Below are positions 1-7,469 of a stretch of DNA of 64,000 nt, piece after piece (position 1 is the first letter of the stretch; each line of letters begins with the position of its first letter). This stretch comes from Enterobacterales bacterium (GTDB taxonomy: Bacteria > Pseudomonadota > Gammaproteobacteria > Enterobacterales > GCA-002770795), in contig JBFFIY010000002.1 of the NCBI GenBank assembly GCA_041556195.1, positions 278 through 64,277 on the forward strand, in the 5' to 3' direction. Under the pieces are notes generated by a model that saw nothing but the letters and a program-made list of their open reading frames with translations, searched no databases and was not told the origin of the DNA. Position numbers and translations under genes: made by a program.

Positions 1-30
1 CAAAAAAAAGCCCTAAATTTAGGACTTTTT
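1..30 (-). terminator. intrinsic-terminator-like hairpin
   Basis: A8 run, 12-bp palindrome CCTAAATTTAGG, then T5. On the minus strand the stem is followed by a T8 run, just downstream of the small minus-strand ORF 89..238. The stem is short and AT-rich. Confidence 0.35.
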
Positions 31-88
31 ATGTCTATCCAAACCATCTAAAAATATATTTCAAGATGATTCAGTGTATCTGCTATGC

Positions 89-238
89 TTACCTAGTAAT
101 AGTTTGCGCAAAAGAAGCTGGTTTACCATGTTGGTTTTCTTCTTTTGCTGTCTTTCCTCCTGAAAGTAAGCTGCTGCCCAACATCCCTATTACTACGATT
201 ACTGCTAAAACAAGCATTGGGTCAGTTTTACGTTTCAT
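89..238 (-). CDS. small hypothetical membrane protein (49 aa)
   Basis: Own minus-strand translation: MKRKTDPMLVLAVIVVIGMLGSSLLSGGKTAKEENQHGKPASFAQTITR. ATG at 238 with AAGGG about 12 nt upstream, one hydrophobic helix, and the terminator-like hairpin at 1-30 downstream. It is shorter than any ORF listed in the track. No family recognised. Confidence 0.3.
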   Translation of the reverse strand: MKRKTDPMLVLAVIVVIGMLGSSLLSGGKTAKEENQHGKPASFAQTITR

Positions 239-475
239 GATTATTTCAACCCTTCGCTATTATTGCTTTTCTAAAGGATTCCTATCAAGGGATTCTCATC
301 CACTGAGGACGGATAACTCTACGCCTAAAATTCCGCAATTGCAAATAGTTTCCATTGTGCAACGCACTATTTTTATTCTAAATAATCAACAAGTTAGTAT
401 TATCCAGTATTCTGTAGTAAAACGCTTAAAAGGCTCAAAGCTATTCACTTGCATCTTGCAGGTGCTGTTTCAATT

Positions 476-655
476 CATCCGTGGAGGTAAGCACTTTTCT
501 GTTATTGCCATGGATGGCATGTATTCAGAAAAAGCAGGACAGGTAATGCTCCAGGCATTACTACTGCATACCCTCCATCCGTGGAGGTAAGCACTTTTCT
601 GTTATTGCCATGGATGGCATGTATTCAGAAAAAGCAGGAGCACTTTTCTGTTATT
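476..655. repeat. tandem duplication: perfect 64-bp unit at 476-539 and 576-639 (100-bp period), plus a 16-bp partial third copy at 640-655
   Basis: Direct comparison: CATCCGTGGAGGTAAGCACTTTTCTGTTATTGCCATGGATGGCATGTATTCAGAAAAAGCAGGA occurs twice without mismatch. GCACTTTTCTGTTATT recurs immediately after copy 2. Each unit can fold CCATCCGTGG / CCATGGATGG (10 bp, one G-U). Confidence 0.9.
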
Positions 656-737
656 CAATTGCAAAATTTAGGATGAAATTTCACAAAAAGACTTTTGAAC
701 GCTCTAATCTTAACTATTTCAGTTATAATTACCCTAC

Positions 738-749
738 TTAACCTGAACT
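738..749 (+). repeat. partial copy (12 nt, TTAACCTGAACT) of the dispersed CAGAC-TTAAAT-AACCTGA-CTCGGGATAAGAA repeat family
   Basis: Exact 12-mer shared with the reverse complement of the 50038-50070 copy. It lies 18 nt upstream of the rpiA start. Confidence 0.4.
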
Positions 750-766
750 TTTATTAGGCTTTTTAC

Positions 767-1423
767 ATGAATCAAAACCAGATGAAGCAAGCAGCCGCAG
801 AGGCTGCTATTAATTTTATTGAAGATAACAGCATTGTTGGTGTTGGCACAGGTTCTACAGCTAATTATTTCATTGATGCACTTGCTAAAATTAAACATCG
901 AATTGATGGGGTTGTTGCAAGTTCTGAAGCCACTGCTTCTCGCTTAAAAGCATATAATATTGAGGTTTTTGATCTCAACAGCGTTGATAGGTTGTCTGTT
1001 TATGTTGATGGTGCAGACGAATCCAACAAGGTGTTACATCTTATCAAGGGCGGCGGCGGTGCACTAACTCGTGAGAAAATTGTCGCAGCTGTCGCAGAAA
1101 AGTTCATCTGTATTGCCGATGAAACCAAACTCGTTAGCCAGCTAGGCCATTTCCCTCTTCCTGTTGAAGTCATTCCCATGGCTAGAAGTTATGTCGCCCG
1201 GCAACTGGTCAAGTTAGGAGGAGATCCCGTCTACAGACAAGGATTTGTGACTGATAATGGCAATTACATACTAGATGTTCACAACTTCAAAATCAGTGAG
1301 CCTGTCTCTATGGAAAAATCCATTAATAATATTGTAGGCGTAGTCACTAATGGTTTGTTTGCATCAAGGCATGCTGACATTTTGTTGCTTGGAACCAAAG
1401 AAGGTGTGAAAACATACAGTTAA
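767..1423 (+). CDS. rpiA: ribose-5-phosphate isomerase A
   Basis: 218 aa. Typical RpiA blocks: [44 protein letters not shown]. Confidence 0.93.
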   Translation: MNQNQMKQAAAEAAINFIEDNSIVGVGTGSTANYFIDALAKIKHRIDGVVASSEATASRLKAYNIEVFDLNSVDRLSVYVDGADESNKVLHLIKGGGGALTREKIVAAVAEKFICIADETKLVSQLGHFPLPVEVIPMARSYVARQLVKLGGDPVYRQGFVTDNGNYILDVHNFKISEPVSMEKSINNIVGVVTNGLFASRHADILLLGTKEGVKTYS

Positions 1424-1484
1424 GCCCATTGATGGATTGGTATACTTAAATTATCAGGATTGGTTATTATTTCTCCCTGAAAGG

Positions 1485-2087
1485 CTACCAGAACGGCCAC
1501 CAACTTTCTAAGTCACTACGGCATTTTTTGAGTTGCACTCCATACATAGCTGAACGTCGATCCACTTTATTCGCCACATCAATCAGCCATGCCTTAGATT
1601 TATAACTGGCTCTAGAATAACCTCCACGGCCTTCATGATAGGCTAAGTATTGATTTTTCGCGTCCCATTTTGAAATTTTCAAGCGCTTTTGTGTGCCATA
1701 GATATACCAACCAACAAAATCTATGGCATCCTCGAAATCGGTACGAGAAGCCCAGCGGCTGCCGGTTGCTGTTCGATATTCGTTCCAGACAGGATCTTTT
1801 GCTTGGGCATATCCATAGGCTGAAGAAGCTCTAGGCCCAGGTATAAAACCTAAGTAATATTTTCGAGAAGGTGCTGCACCTTGTTTAAAACGACTTTCCT
1901 GGTAGATAAAGGACATTAATACCTGAATAGGTACGCCCCAACGATCTTCAGCATCCTCTGCATCCTCAAACCAACCGCCTTTTTCTTTGAATATTTGACA
2001 AATATTGTCTTGTCTGGAGGGTGGCATTGTTGCACATGAGACTAACAACAATGCCATCAAACTGATTAATATTTTTTTCATCAACAT
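1485..2087 (-). CDS. lipoprotein with lytic transglycosylase (SLT-like) fold
   Basis: Signal peptide plus lipobox (LLLVSC). Block FIYQESRFKQ with a candidate catalytic Glu, and YGYAQA, as in SLT-domain proteins. Confidence 0.6.
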   Translation of the reverse strand: MLMKKILISLMALLLVSCATMPPSRQDNICQIFKEKGGWFEDAEDAEDRWGVPIQVLMSFIYQESRFKQGAAPSRKYYLGFIPGPRASSAYGYAQAKDPVWNEYRTATGSRWASRTDFEDAIDFVGWYIYGTQKRLKISKWDAKNQYLAYHEGRGGYSRASYKSKAWLIDVANKVDRRSAMYGVQLKKCRSDLESWWPFW

Positions 2088-2148
2088 TTAAAATAAAAGA
2101 CGATTGTGCTATACGATACCCTATTTTCTCTAAAATTAAATATCTATT

Positions 2149-2436
2149 TTAGTTGTCATTTTGTGGAAGTGTTCTGCCATCGTTAACAACCTGACGTAAA
2201 TCTTCCTGAGCACTTCTTTTTTCTTCTGCTGCCTGTGCTTTTGTTATACAACGCTTTTTACTCATATGGGAGCCAATACGTTTAACCTTAAAACAAACCA
2301 AATCAGAGTCTTTTTTATCTGCTGCAGCTAACTTAGCAGAATTATTTGAAAGCTTTTTTGCTGCTGGCTGACTTGAACAACCAACAAAAAAGACCATAGA
2401 TACTGCTAATGCCAAAAATATTTTAAACTTCTTCAT
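2149..2436 (-). CDS. small lipoprotein (95 aa), paralogue of 2603..2911
   Basis: Lipobox FFVGC. The C-terminal block CFKVKRIGSHMSKKRCITKAQAAEEKRSAQEDLRQV is shared with the neighbouring gene. Confidence 0.6.
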   Translation of the reverse strand: MKKFKIFLALAVSMVFFVGCSSQPAAKKLSNNSAKLAAADKKDSDLVCFKVKRIGSHMSKKRCITKAQAAEEKRSAQEDLRQVVNDGRTLPQNDN

Positions 2437-2602
2437 TCTATACTCCAGAATATTCGATTAAATTAATCAGTTAGTTACAATTTGTTTCTACATGGGGAAA
2501 ACTATCAGTCCCGTTTACATGCGTCTAGTTCTGTTAACCCTTTGTAACAATTAACCCTGGACTACAATTAAACCTACATTGACATGTGTTACAAGCTGAA
2601 TA

Positions 2603-2911
2603 CTATTCTGAAGAGCCTTGAAGAAGACCAGAGTGAAAATCTCTCAAATTCTCTTGAGCTCGTCTTTTTTCTTCTTCATTTTGCTTCTTTGAAATGCAGC
2701 GTTTGGAGGTAAGATGTGTACCCACTCTCTTTATTTCAGAACATACAATCTCTTTAACTTTAGAAAGATCCAGCGACTCATCCTGAACATCAGCCATTTG
2801 ATCGGCTTCTGCATCAGCTTTTTCCAATTGAGCTAAACTTGTTGATTTTTTCTGAGTAATACAACCTGAAACAAAACATAGGGATAATATCAATACTAAC
2901 CAGCTCTTCAT
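2603..2911 (-). CDS. small lipoprotein (102 aa from MKSW), paralogue of 2149..2436
   Basis: The ORF opens at 2953, but ATG 2911 (MKSWLVLILSLCFVSGC) has GGAGAA 6 nt upstream and gives a normal lipoprotein signal. It shares the block CSEIKRVGTHLTSKRCISKKQNEEEKRRAQENLRDF. Confidence 0.6.
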   Translation of the reverse strand: MKSWLVLILSLCFVSGCITQKKSTSLAQLEKADAEADQMADVQDESLDLSKVKEIVCSEIKRVGTHLTSKRCISKKQNEEEKRRAQENLRDFHSGLLQGSSE

Positions 2912-2956
2912 TGTTTTCTCCATTGACGCAATAAATAATAATACTCGGCACATCCA

Positions 2957-2990
2957 CTCAACTCAAATCAACTCAAATCAACTCAAAATA
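2957..2990. repeat. 10-bp tandem repeat (CAACTCAAAT, about 3 copies)
   Basis: Read directly: CTCAACTCAAATCAACTCAAATCAACTCAAAAT, immediately upstream of the minus-strand lipoprotein gene. Confidence 0.8.
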
Positions 2991-3081
2991 TCCATTGTGC
3001 TCTAATATCCATTGAATTTAAGCGTCTAATTCTACACTTTTTGATGGTCCGGGTATACAATTGCAAATCTCTGTGAGATCT

Positions 3082-3116
3082 CAGACATCATAATTAACCT
3101 CAACTCGGGATAGGAC
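3082..3116 (+). repeat. copy of the dispersed repeat family (CAGACATCATAATTAACCTCAACTCGGGATAGGAC)
   Basis: 22 of 25 core positions match the reverse complement of 50038-50065. Intergenic. Confidence 0.7.
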
Positions 3117-3326
3117 AGATCAATTAGTTATATTTAACATCTAATTTTCAATAAGTTGCAAGTATCTATGTTTTACATAGGCAAACATGTAGGCTCAATA
3201 CTGGGATTTTTGTACTTGGTGATATTCCAACTTACGTTGATGTAATTCATCCTGCTGATCGTTACTAAGCGCACTCTATTTACATGCGTTTATCTATACA
3301 AAAAATATCTTTAAACTGTTCTGACT

Positions 3327-4253
3327 ATGACAATATCAATAATTTGTACTAATAAAAATCCTGAACCCTGGTATCTCGCATTAAAAGAGATAGATCCTTC
3401 GTTAGATATTCAGATCTGGCCAGACGAAAACAACAAAAGTGTGATTGAATTTGCTTTATGCTGGAAACAACCTGAAGGAATTTTGCAAGATTACCCAAAC
3501 TTAAAATGTATCTGTTCAATGGGAGCTGGTATAGACCATTTACTTAGCGACAGTTTTTTTCCAAAAAACCTGCCCGTCATCAGGCTTATTGATCCTTCTC
3601 TGGCACAATCAATGTTTGAATATATTTATACAGCAGCAATGTATTACCTACGAGAATTCGATCTATATCAACGCCAAAAAAATCAAATCATTTGGGAACA
3701 GCACCAACCAAAAGCAATATCTCAAACCACTATTGGTATTATGGGGCTTGGAAAACTTGGAGAATACTGTGCTCGAAAGCTTTCACAAGCAGGATTTAAT
3801 ATTGTTGGTTGGGCACGTACTAAAAAACAAATAGAGGATGTGAAAACATACACTAGTGAGCAACTGGAAATATTTGTAAGTCAAACAGACATTCTTATTT
3901 GCCTTCTGCCTCTTACACCCCAAACAGTAGGAATTTTAAATTCAGAACTTTTTAATATAACACCAAAAAATTCTTATTTGATAAATGTTGCCAGAGGTGA
4001 GCATCTAGTCGAAAGTGATCTAATAACTGCTTTGAATACAGGTCAATTAAAAGGTGCTTGCCTTGATGTTTTCACCACTGAACCTTTGCCACAGGATCAT
4101 CCATTTTGGACTAATGATAAAATTGTTATAACGCCTCATTGTTCAAGTATTACAGATCCTGTTTCAGTCGCACCACAAATAGTTCAAAACTATCGACTTA
4201 TGCAAAGTTGCAAGCCTTTAATGAATGAAGTAGATTTACAGCGCGGATATTAG
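3327..4253 (+). CDS. ghrA: D-isomer-specific 2-hydroxyacid dehydrogenase, glyoxylate/hydroxypyruvate reductase A-like
   Basis: 308 aa. NAD-binding GIMGLGKLG, NVARGEHL, ITPH, and a C-terminal ..VDLQRGY resembling the E. coli GhrA C-terminus (..VDRARGY, from memory). Confidence 0.75.
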   Translation: MTISIICTNKNPEPWYLALKEIDPSLDIQIWPDENNKSVIEFALCWKQPEGILQDYPNLKCICSMGAGIDHLLSDSFFPKNLPVIRLIDPSLAQSMFEYIYTAAMYYLREFDLYQRQKNQIIWEQHQPKAISQTTIGIMGLGKLGEYCARKLSQAGFNIVGWARTKKQIEDVKTYTSEQLEIFVSQTDILICLLPLTPQTVGILNSELFNITPKNSYLINVARGEHLVESDLITALNTGQLKGACLDVFTTEPLPQDHPFWTNDKIVITPHCSSITDPVSVAPQIVQNYRLMQSCKPLMNEVDLQRGY

Positions 4254-4255
4254 AT

Positions 4256-4702
4256 ATGAATTTTGACTTTCACTTACAAATTGGACCTAAAGCGACAGAT
4301 CATGACAGAGCTTTCTTATTAACTCTTCGTAAATTAACCATGGTTGAACATCTGGAAAAGGCTGGTCTGTATTTATCAAATGAAGAACATGAATTTAGAC
4401 TCAATGATGCTTATGACTGTTGTCACCTGATCAGATATGCTGACAAAAACATAGGCCTGTTAAAATATCGAGAATATGACAATAAAATTGAAGTCATGCA
4501 AATACAAATTCATCCTGGGCAGCAGAACAAAGGCTTTGGCAAAATGGTTCTCAACAGAGTATTGCTCTGGTCAAAAGAAAAACACAAAAATATTGAATTA
4601 AGCGTTTTAAAAAATAATCCGGCCATACTATTATATGAAAAACTCGGATTCCTGATAACAGGTGAAGACAAGTATGAATTTCACATGCAACTAAGGCACT
4701 AA
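4256..4702 (+). CDS. GNAT family N-acetyltransferase
   Basis: 148 aa. Acetyl-CoA binding block QNKGFGKMVL and C-terminal YEKLGF. Confidence 0.7.
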   Translation: MNFDFHLQIGPKATDHDRAFLLTLRKLTMVEHLEKAGLYLSNEEHEFRLNDAYDCCHLIRYADKNIGLLKYREYDNKIEVMQIQIHPGQQNKGFGKMVLNRVLLWSKEKHKNIELSVLKNNPAILLYEKLGFLITGEDKYEFHMQLRH

Positions 4703-4806
4703 ACCTATCTTAAAAGATTAGCTAATTACCCGACTATTTCTAAAGTTTGTGAAATTGAAGGGATAAATATTGATGTATTTCAATAGGCATTTTTAACCCC
4801 ACTATT

Positions 4807-6177
4807 TTAACCATAAACCAACTGAGGTAGCCAGGTGGTTAACCGGGGGATCAGGGCTAACAATACCAGTAGTGATAATTGAATGAGAATAAACGGCAAA
4901 ACTCCACGATAAATCTCACCCGTGGTAACAGATTCAGGGGCAACTCCCCTCAGGTAAAAAAGGCTAAAACCAAAAGGCGGTGTAAGAAATGAGGTTTGTA
5001 GATTGACCGCAAACATGATGCCAAGCCACACTGGGTGAACGCCCATCACCAGAAGCACTGGAGCCACAATTGGCACTATAACAAAGGTGATTTCAATAAA
5101 ATCCAGAATAAAGCCAAGTAAAAAAGTAACCAGCATAACGACTAACATGGCACCAAAAATTCCACCTGGCATTTGAGTAAACAGGCTTTCTATTAATAGA
5201 TCTCCCTGATAAGCACGAAATACCAGTGAAAATATCGATGCCCCGATCAAAATCATAAATACCATGCTGGATGTCGATAATGTTAATTGACCGATTTCTT
5301 TGAGCTTGTGAATACTCAATGAGTTTTTAAACGATGCAAGTAGCAAAGCACCAATCGCTCCGACTGCTGCTGCTTCAGTTGAGGTTGCCCAGCCCAGTAA
5401 GATTGAACCTAATACCGATAATATAAGTAATAACGGGGCAAGCAGGCTTTTTATCAGATCAATCACGGAGCCCTGATCTTCTTCATCGGTAATCGCTGGA
5501 GCAGCTTCCGGGTCACGCCAGGCGACCCACAAGATATAAAGAATGTATGCCAACACCAATAATAACCCCGGAATGAGCGCTCCGAGAAACAAGTCTCCCA
5601 CAGATACCGTATCAGGCGGGTATTTACCTATTTTACTTTGTGCTTGTTGATAGGCGCTTGAGAGTACATCGCCAAGCAAGACCAAAACAATTGAAGGTGG
5701 AATAATTTGCCCTAATGTGCCTGATGCACAAATAATACCGCTCGCCAGGGCTGGCTGATAACCACGCTTTAACATGGCTGGAAGTGACAGTAAGCCCATG
5801 GTAACCACCGTTGCTCCAACAATACCGGTACTTGCCGCCAGCAACATACCGACAATTGCTACCGAAACTCCCAATCCCCCTCTTTTTTTGCCAAATAATC
5901 TGGCCATAGAATCAAGCAGATCTTCAGCAATTTTTGAACGTTCTAAAGTCACCCCCATAAACACAAACAAAGGCACAGCCAGCAATGTCTGATTGGTCAT
6001 AATGCCAAAAACTCTAAAGGGAATAGCCTCAATCATGCCTGGAACGATCCAGCCCTGCTGATCCCCGACAAAAGCAAAAACTAGTGCCGTACCCGCTAAT
6101 GAGAAAGCCACCGGATAACCCATGATCAGCACTAAACACACCACAACAAACATGAATAGAGGCATCCACTCAATCAT
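4807..6177 (-). CDS. dctM: TRAP transporter large permease subunit
   Basis: 456 aa, polytopic. Overlaps the small-subunit gene by 4 nt in the usual dctQ-dctM order. Confidence 0.85.
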   Translation of the reverse strand: MIEWMPLFMFVVVCLVLIMGYPVAFSLAGTALVFAFVGDQQGWIVPGMIEAIPFRVFGIMTNQTLLAVPLFVFMGVTLERSKIAEDLLDSMARLFGKKRGGLGVSVAIVGMLLAASTGIVGATVVTMGLLSLPAMLKRGYQPALASGIICASGTLGQIIPPSIVLVLLGDVLSSAYQQAQSKIGKYPPDTVSVGDLFLGALIPGLLLVLAYILYILWVAWRDPEAAPAITDEEDQGSVIDLIKSLLAPLLLILSVLGSILLGWATSTEAAAVGAIGALLLASFKNSLSIHKLKEIGQLTLSTSSMVFMILIGASIFSLVFRAYQGDLLIESLFTQMPGGIFGAMLVVMLVTFLLGFILDFIEITFVIVPIVAPVLLVMGVHPVWLGIMFAVNLQTSFLTPPFGFSLFYLRGVAPESVTTGEIYRGVLPFILIQLSLLVLLALIPRLTTWLPQLVYG

Positions 6178-6734
6178 ATTGACACCTCTTGCTTAGAGTT
6201 ACCTTTAACATGATCCAGCAGCAAACTTTCCATATTTTTGAGCAAGGTTGCTACGCCTTGCATGGCTAGCATTACCGGCATAACCAACATTAATGATTTG
6301 AGCAGGTATAATGCGGGTAATCCCCCTACTTCTCCTGAAGATTCATTAGCTCTCCAACTGGCAATAACAGTATCCAGGCTGAAAAAGAACAGATAAAAAC
6401 AAACAGGAAATAGTAGAAACAAAGTGCCAATGACATCAACCCAGGCTTGATAGTGCCAATTTTTCTTTCTATAAATAATATCTACTCTGACGTGTTCATC
6501 TCTCGTCAGAGTATAAGCAGCCCCCACCATAAAAATGATGCTATGGATCCAAAGCGCACTTTCTTGTAACTCAATAGAAGGGATCTTTAAAATATAGCGT
6601 AATACCACCACCAAAAACTCTAGCAAAACCAACAGTAACGTCAGCCAGGCCAATAGCTTTCCCGTGGTTGCCATAAACTTTTCTATAGGTTGATATAATC
6701 TTTGAAAGGGAATTTTATTGAGCGTTTTTAGCAC
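6174..6734 (-). CDS. dctQ: TRAP transporter small permease subunit
   Basis: 186 aa, 4 predicted TM helices, directly upstream of and overlapping dctM. Confidence 0.75.
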   Translation of the reverse strand: MLKTLNKIPFQRLYQPIEKFMATTGKLLAWLTLLLVLLEFLVVVLRYILKIPSIELQESALWIHSIIFMVGAAYTLTRDEHVRVDIIYRKKNWHYQAWVDVIGTLFLLFPVCFYLFFFSLDTVIASWRANESSGEVGGLPALYLLKSLMLVMPVMLAMQGVATLLKNMESLLLDHVKGNSKQEVSI

Positions 6735-7010
6735 AGTAATATTTTTTTATCCACAGTAACAAAATAAGCTCCGATTTTAGCATCAAAGGGTTAGAGTAAC
6801 GAATGTTTTTTACAGCTCAATGAAATAAGCACTCTTGCGGTTAGTGTGCACTCGCATACTTTAAAAAGATAATATTTCAACAATATTTTAAAGTTTTTTT
6901 CCACAAAGTTATCCACAAGCAAAAATAAAAGCATGATAATTGTTTGATTCCAATCACTTAGCTATGTTTATTCAAAAAACACATGAAGAAATTGATTTGT
7001 TTTGATACCC

Positions 7011-7343
7011 CTACCAACTAAATAAAATCCATCTAGGGGGTATAACATCATCGTTCATATCCGGGCCAAATTTTATAAAAACGCCCGTGGCATTTTCATC
7101 CACCAGATAGTAGGGTGGCATACCATTTTTGGGTGTTACTTTGATAGCTCTTAGTACGCCATTGATGCGATATTCTTTGAGATTGGCTTCTGGGGTTGAG
7201 CGTATCGTTACTGCAGGTTCCGGTATATTTCCCTTCTCAACTTTAGGTCGTTTCTCAACTGGCTCGGTTTGAGCAGCCTGTGCAGGGCCGACTGAGAGAA
7301 AAACAAATGTAGCTAATACCACTAAAATCCTTACTGTTTTCAT
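7011..7343 (-). CDS. secreted DUF2782-like protein
   Basis: 110 aa, signal peptide. Block YYLVDENATGVF...RWILFSW. Divergent from polA, a position I recall for DUF2782 genes in other gammaproteobacteria. Confidence 0.55.
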   Translation of the reverse strand: MKTVRILVVLATFVFLSVGPAQAAQTEPVEKRPKVEKGNIPEPAVTIRSTPEANLKEYRINGVLRAIKVTPKNGMPPYYLVDENATGVFIKFGPDMNDDVIPPRWILFSW

Positions 7344-7469
7344 AATGAAGTTCCGATTGTTATTAAGTACATGATTTCTAATAACAGCATAGCAAAGAAA
7401 GATGACGAAAAAAGCCTATTAGCTTACAATCGTATCAGTTTTTTCACTATTCTGAGTCTAATAGATTAT

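Noticed and set aside
66-590. 174-aa plus-strand ORF at the start of the window
   Set aside because: It runs through the 64-bp duplication and lies antisense to the better-supported small ORF 89..238. The composition is odd (Cys/Ile/Phe-rich) and there is no RBS or family signature. Treated as non-coding.
476-655. Possible CRISPR array (repeat-spacer-repeat look)
   Set aside because: There are only two full copies. The 64-bp repeat is far longer than CRISPR repeats, the third copy is an internal fragment, and no cas genes are in the window.
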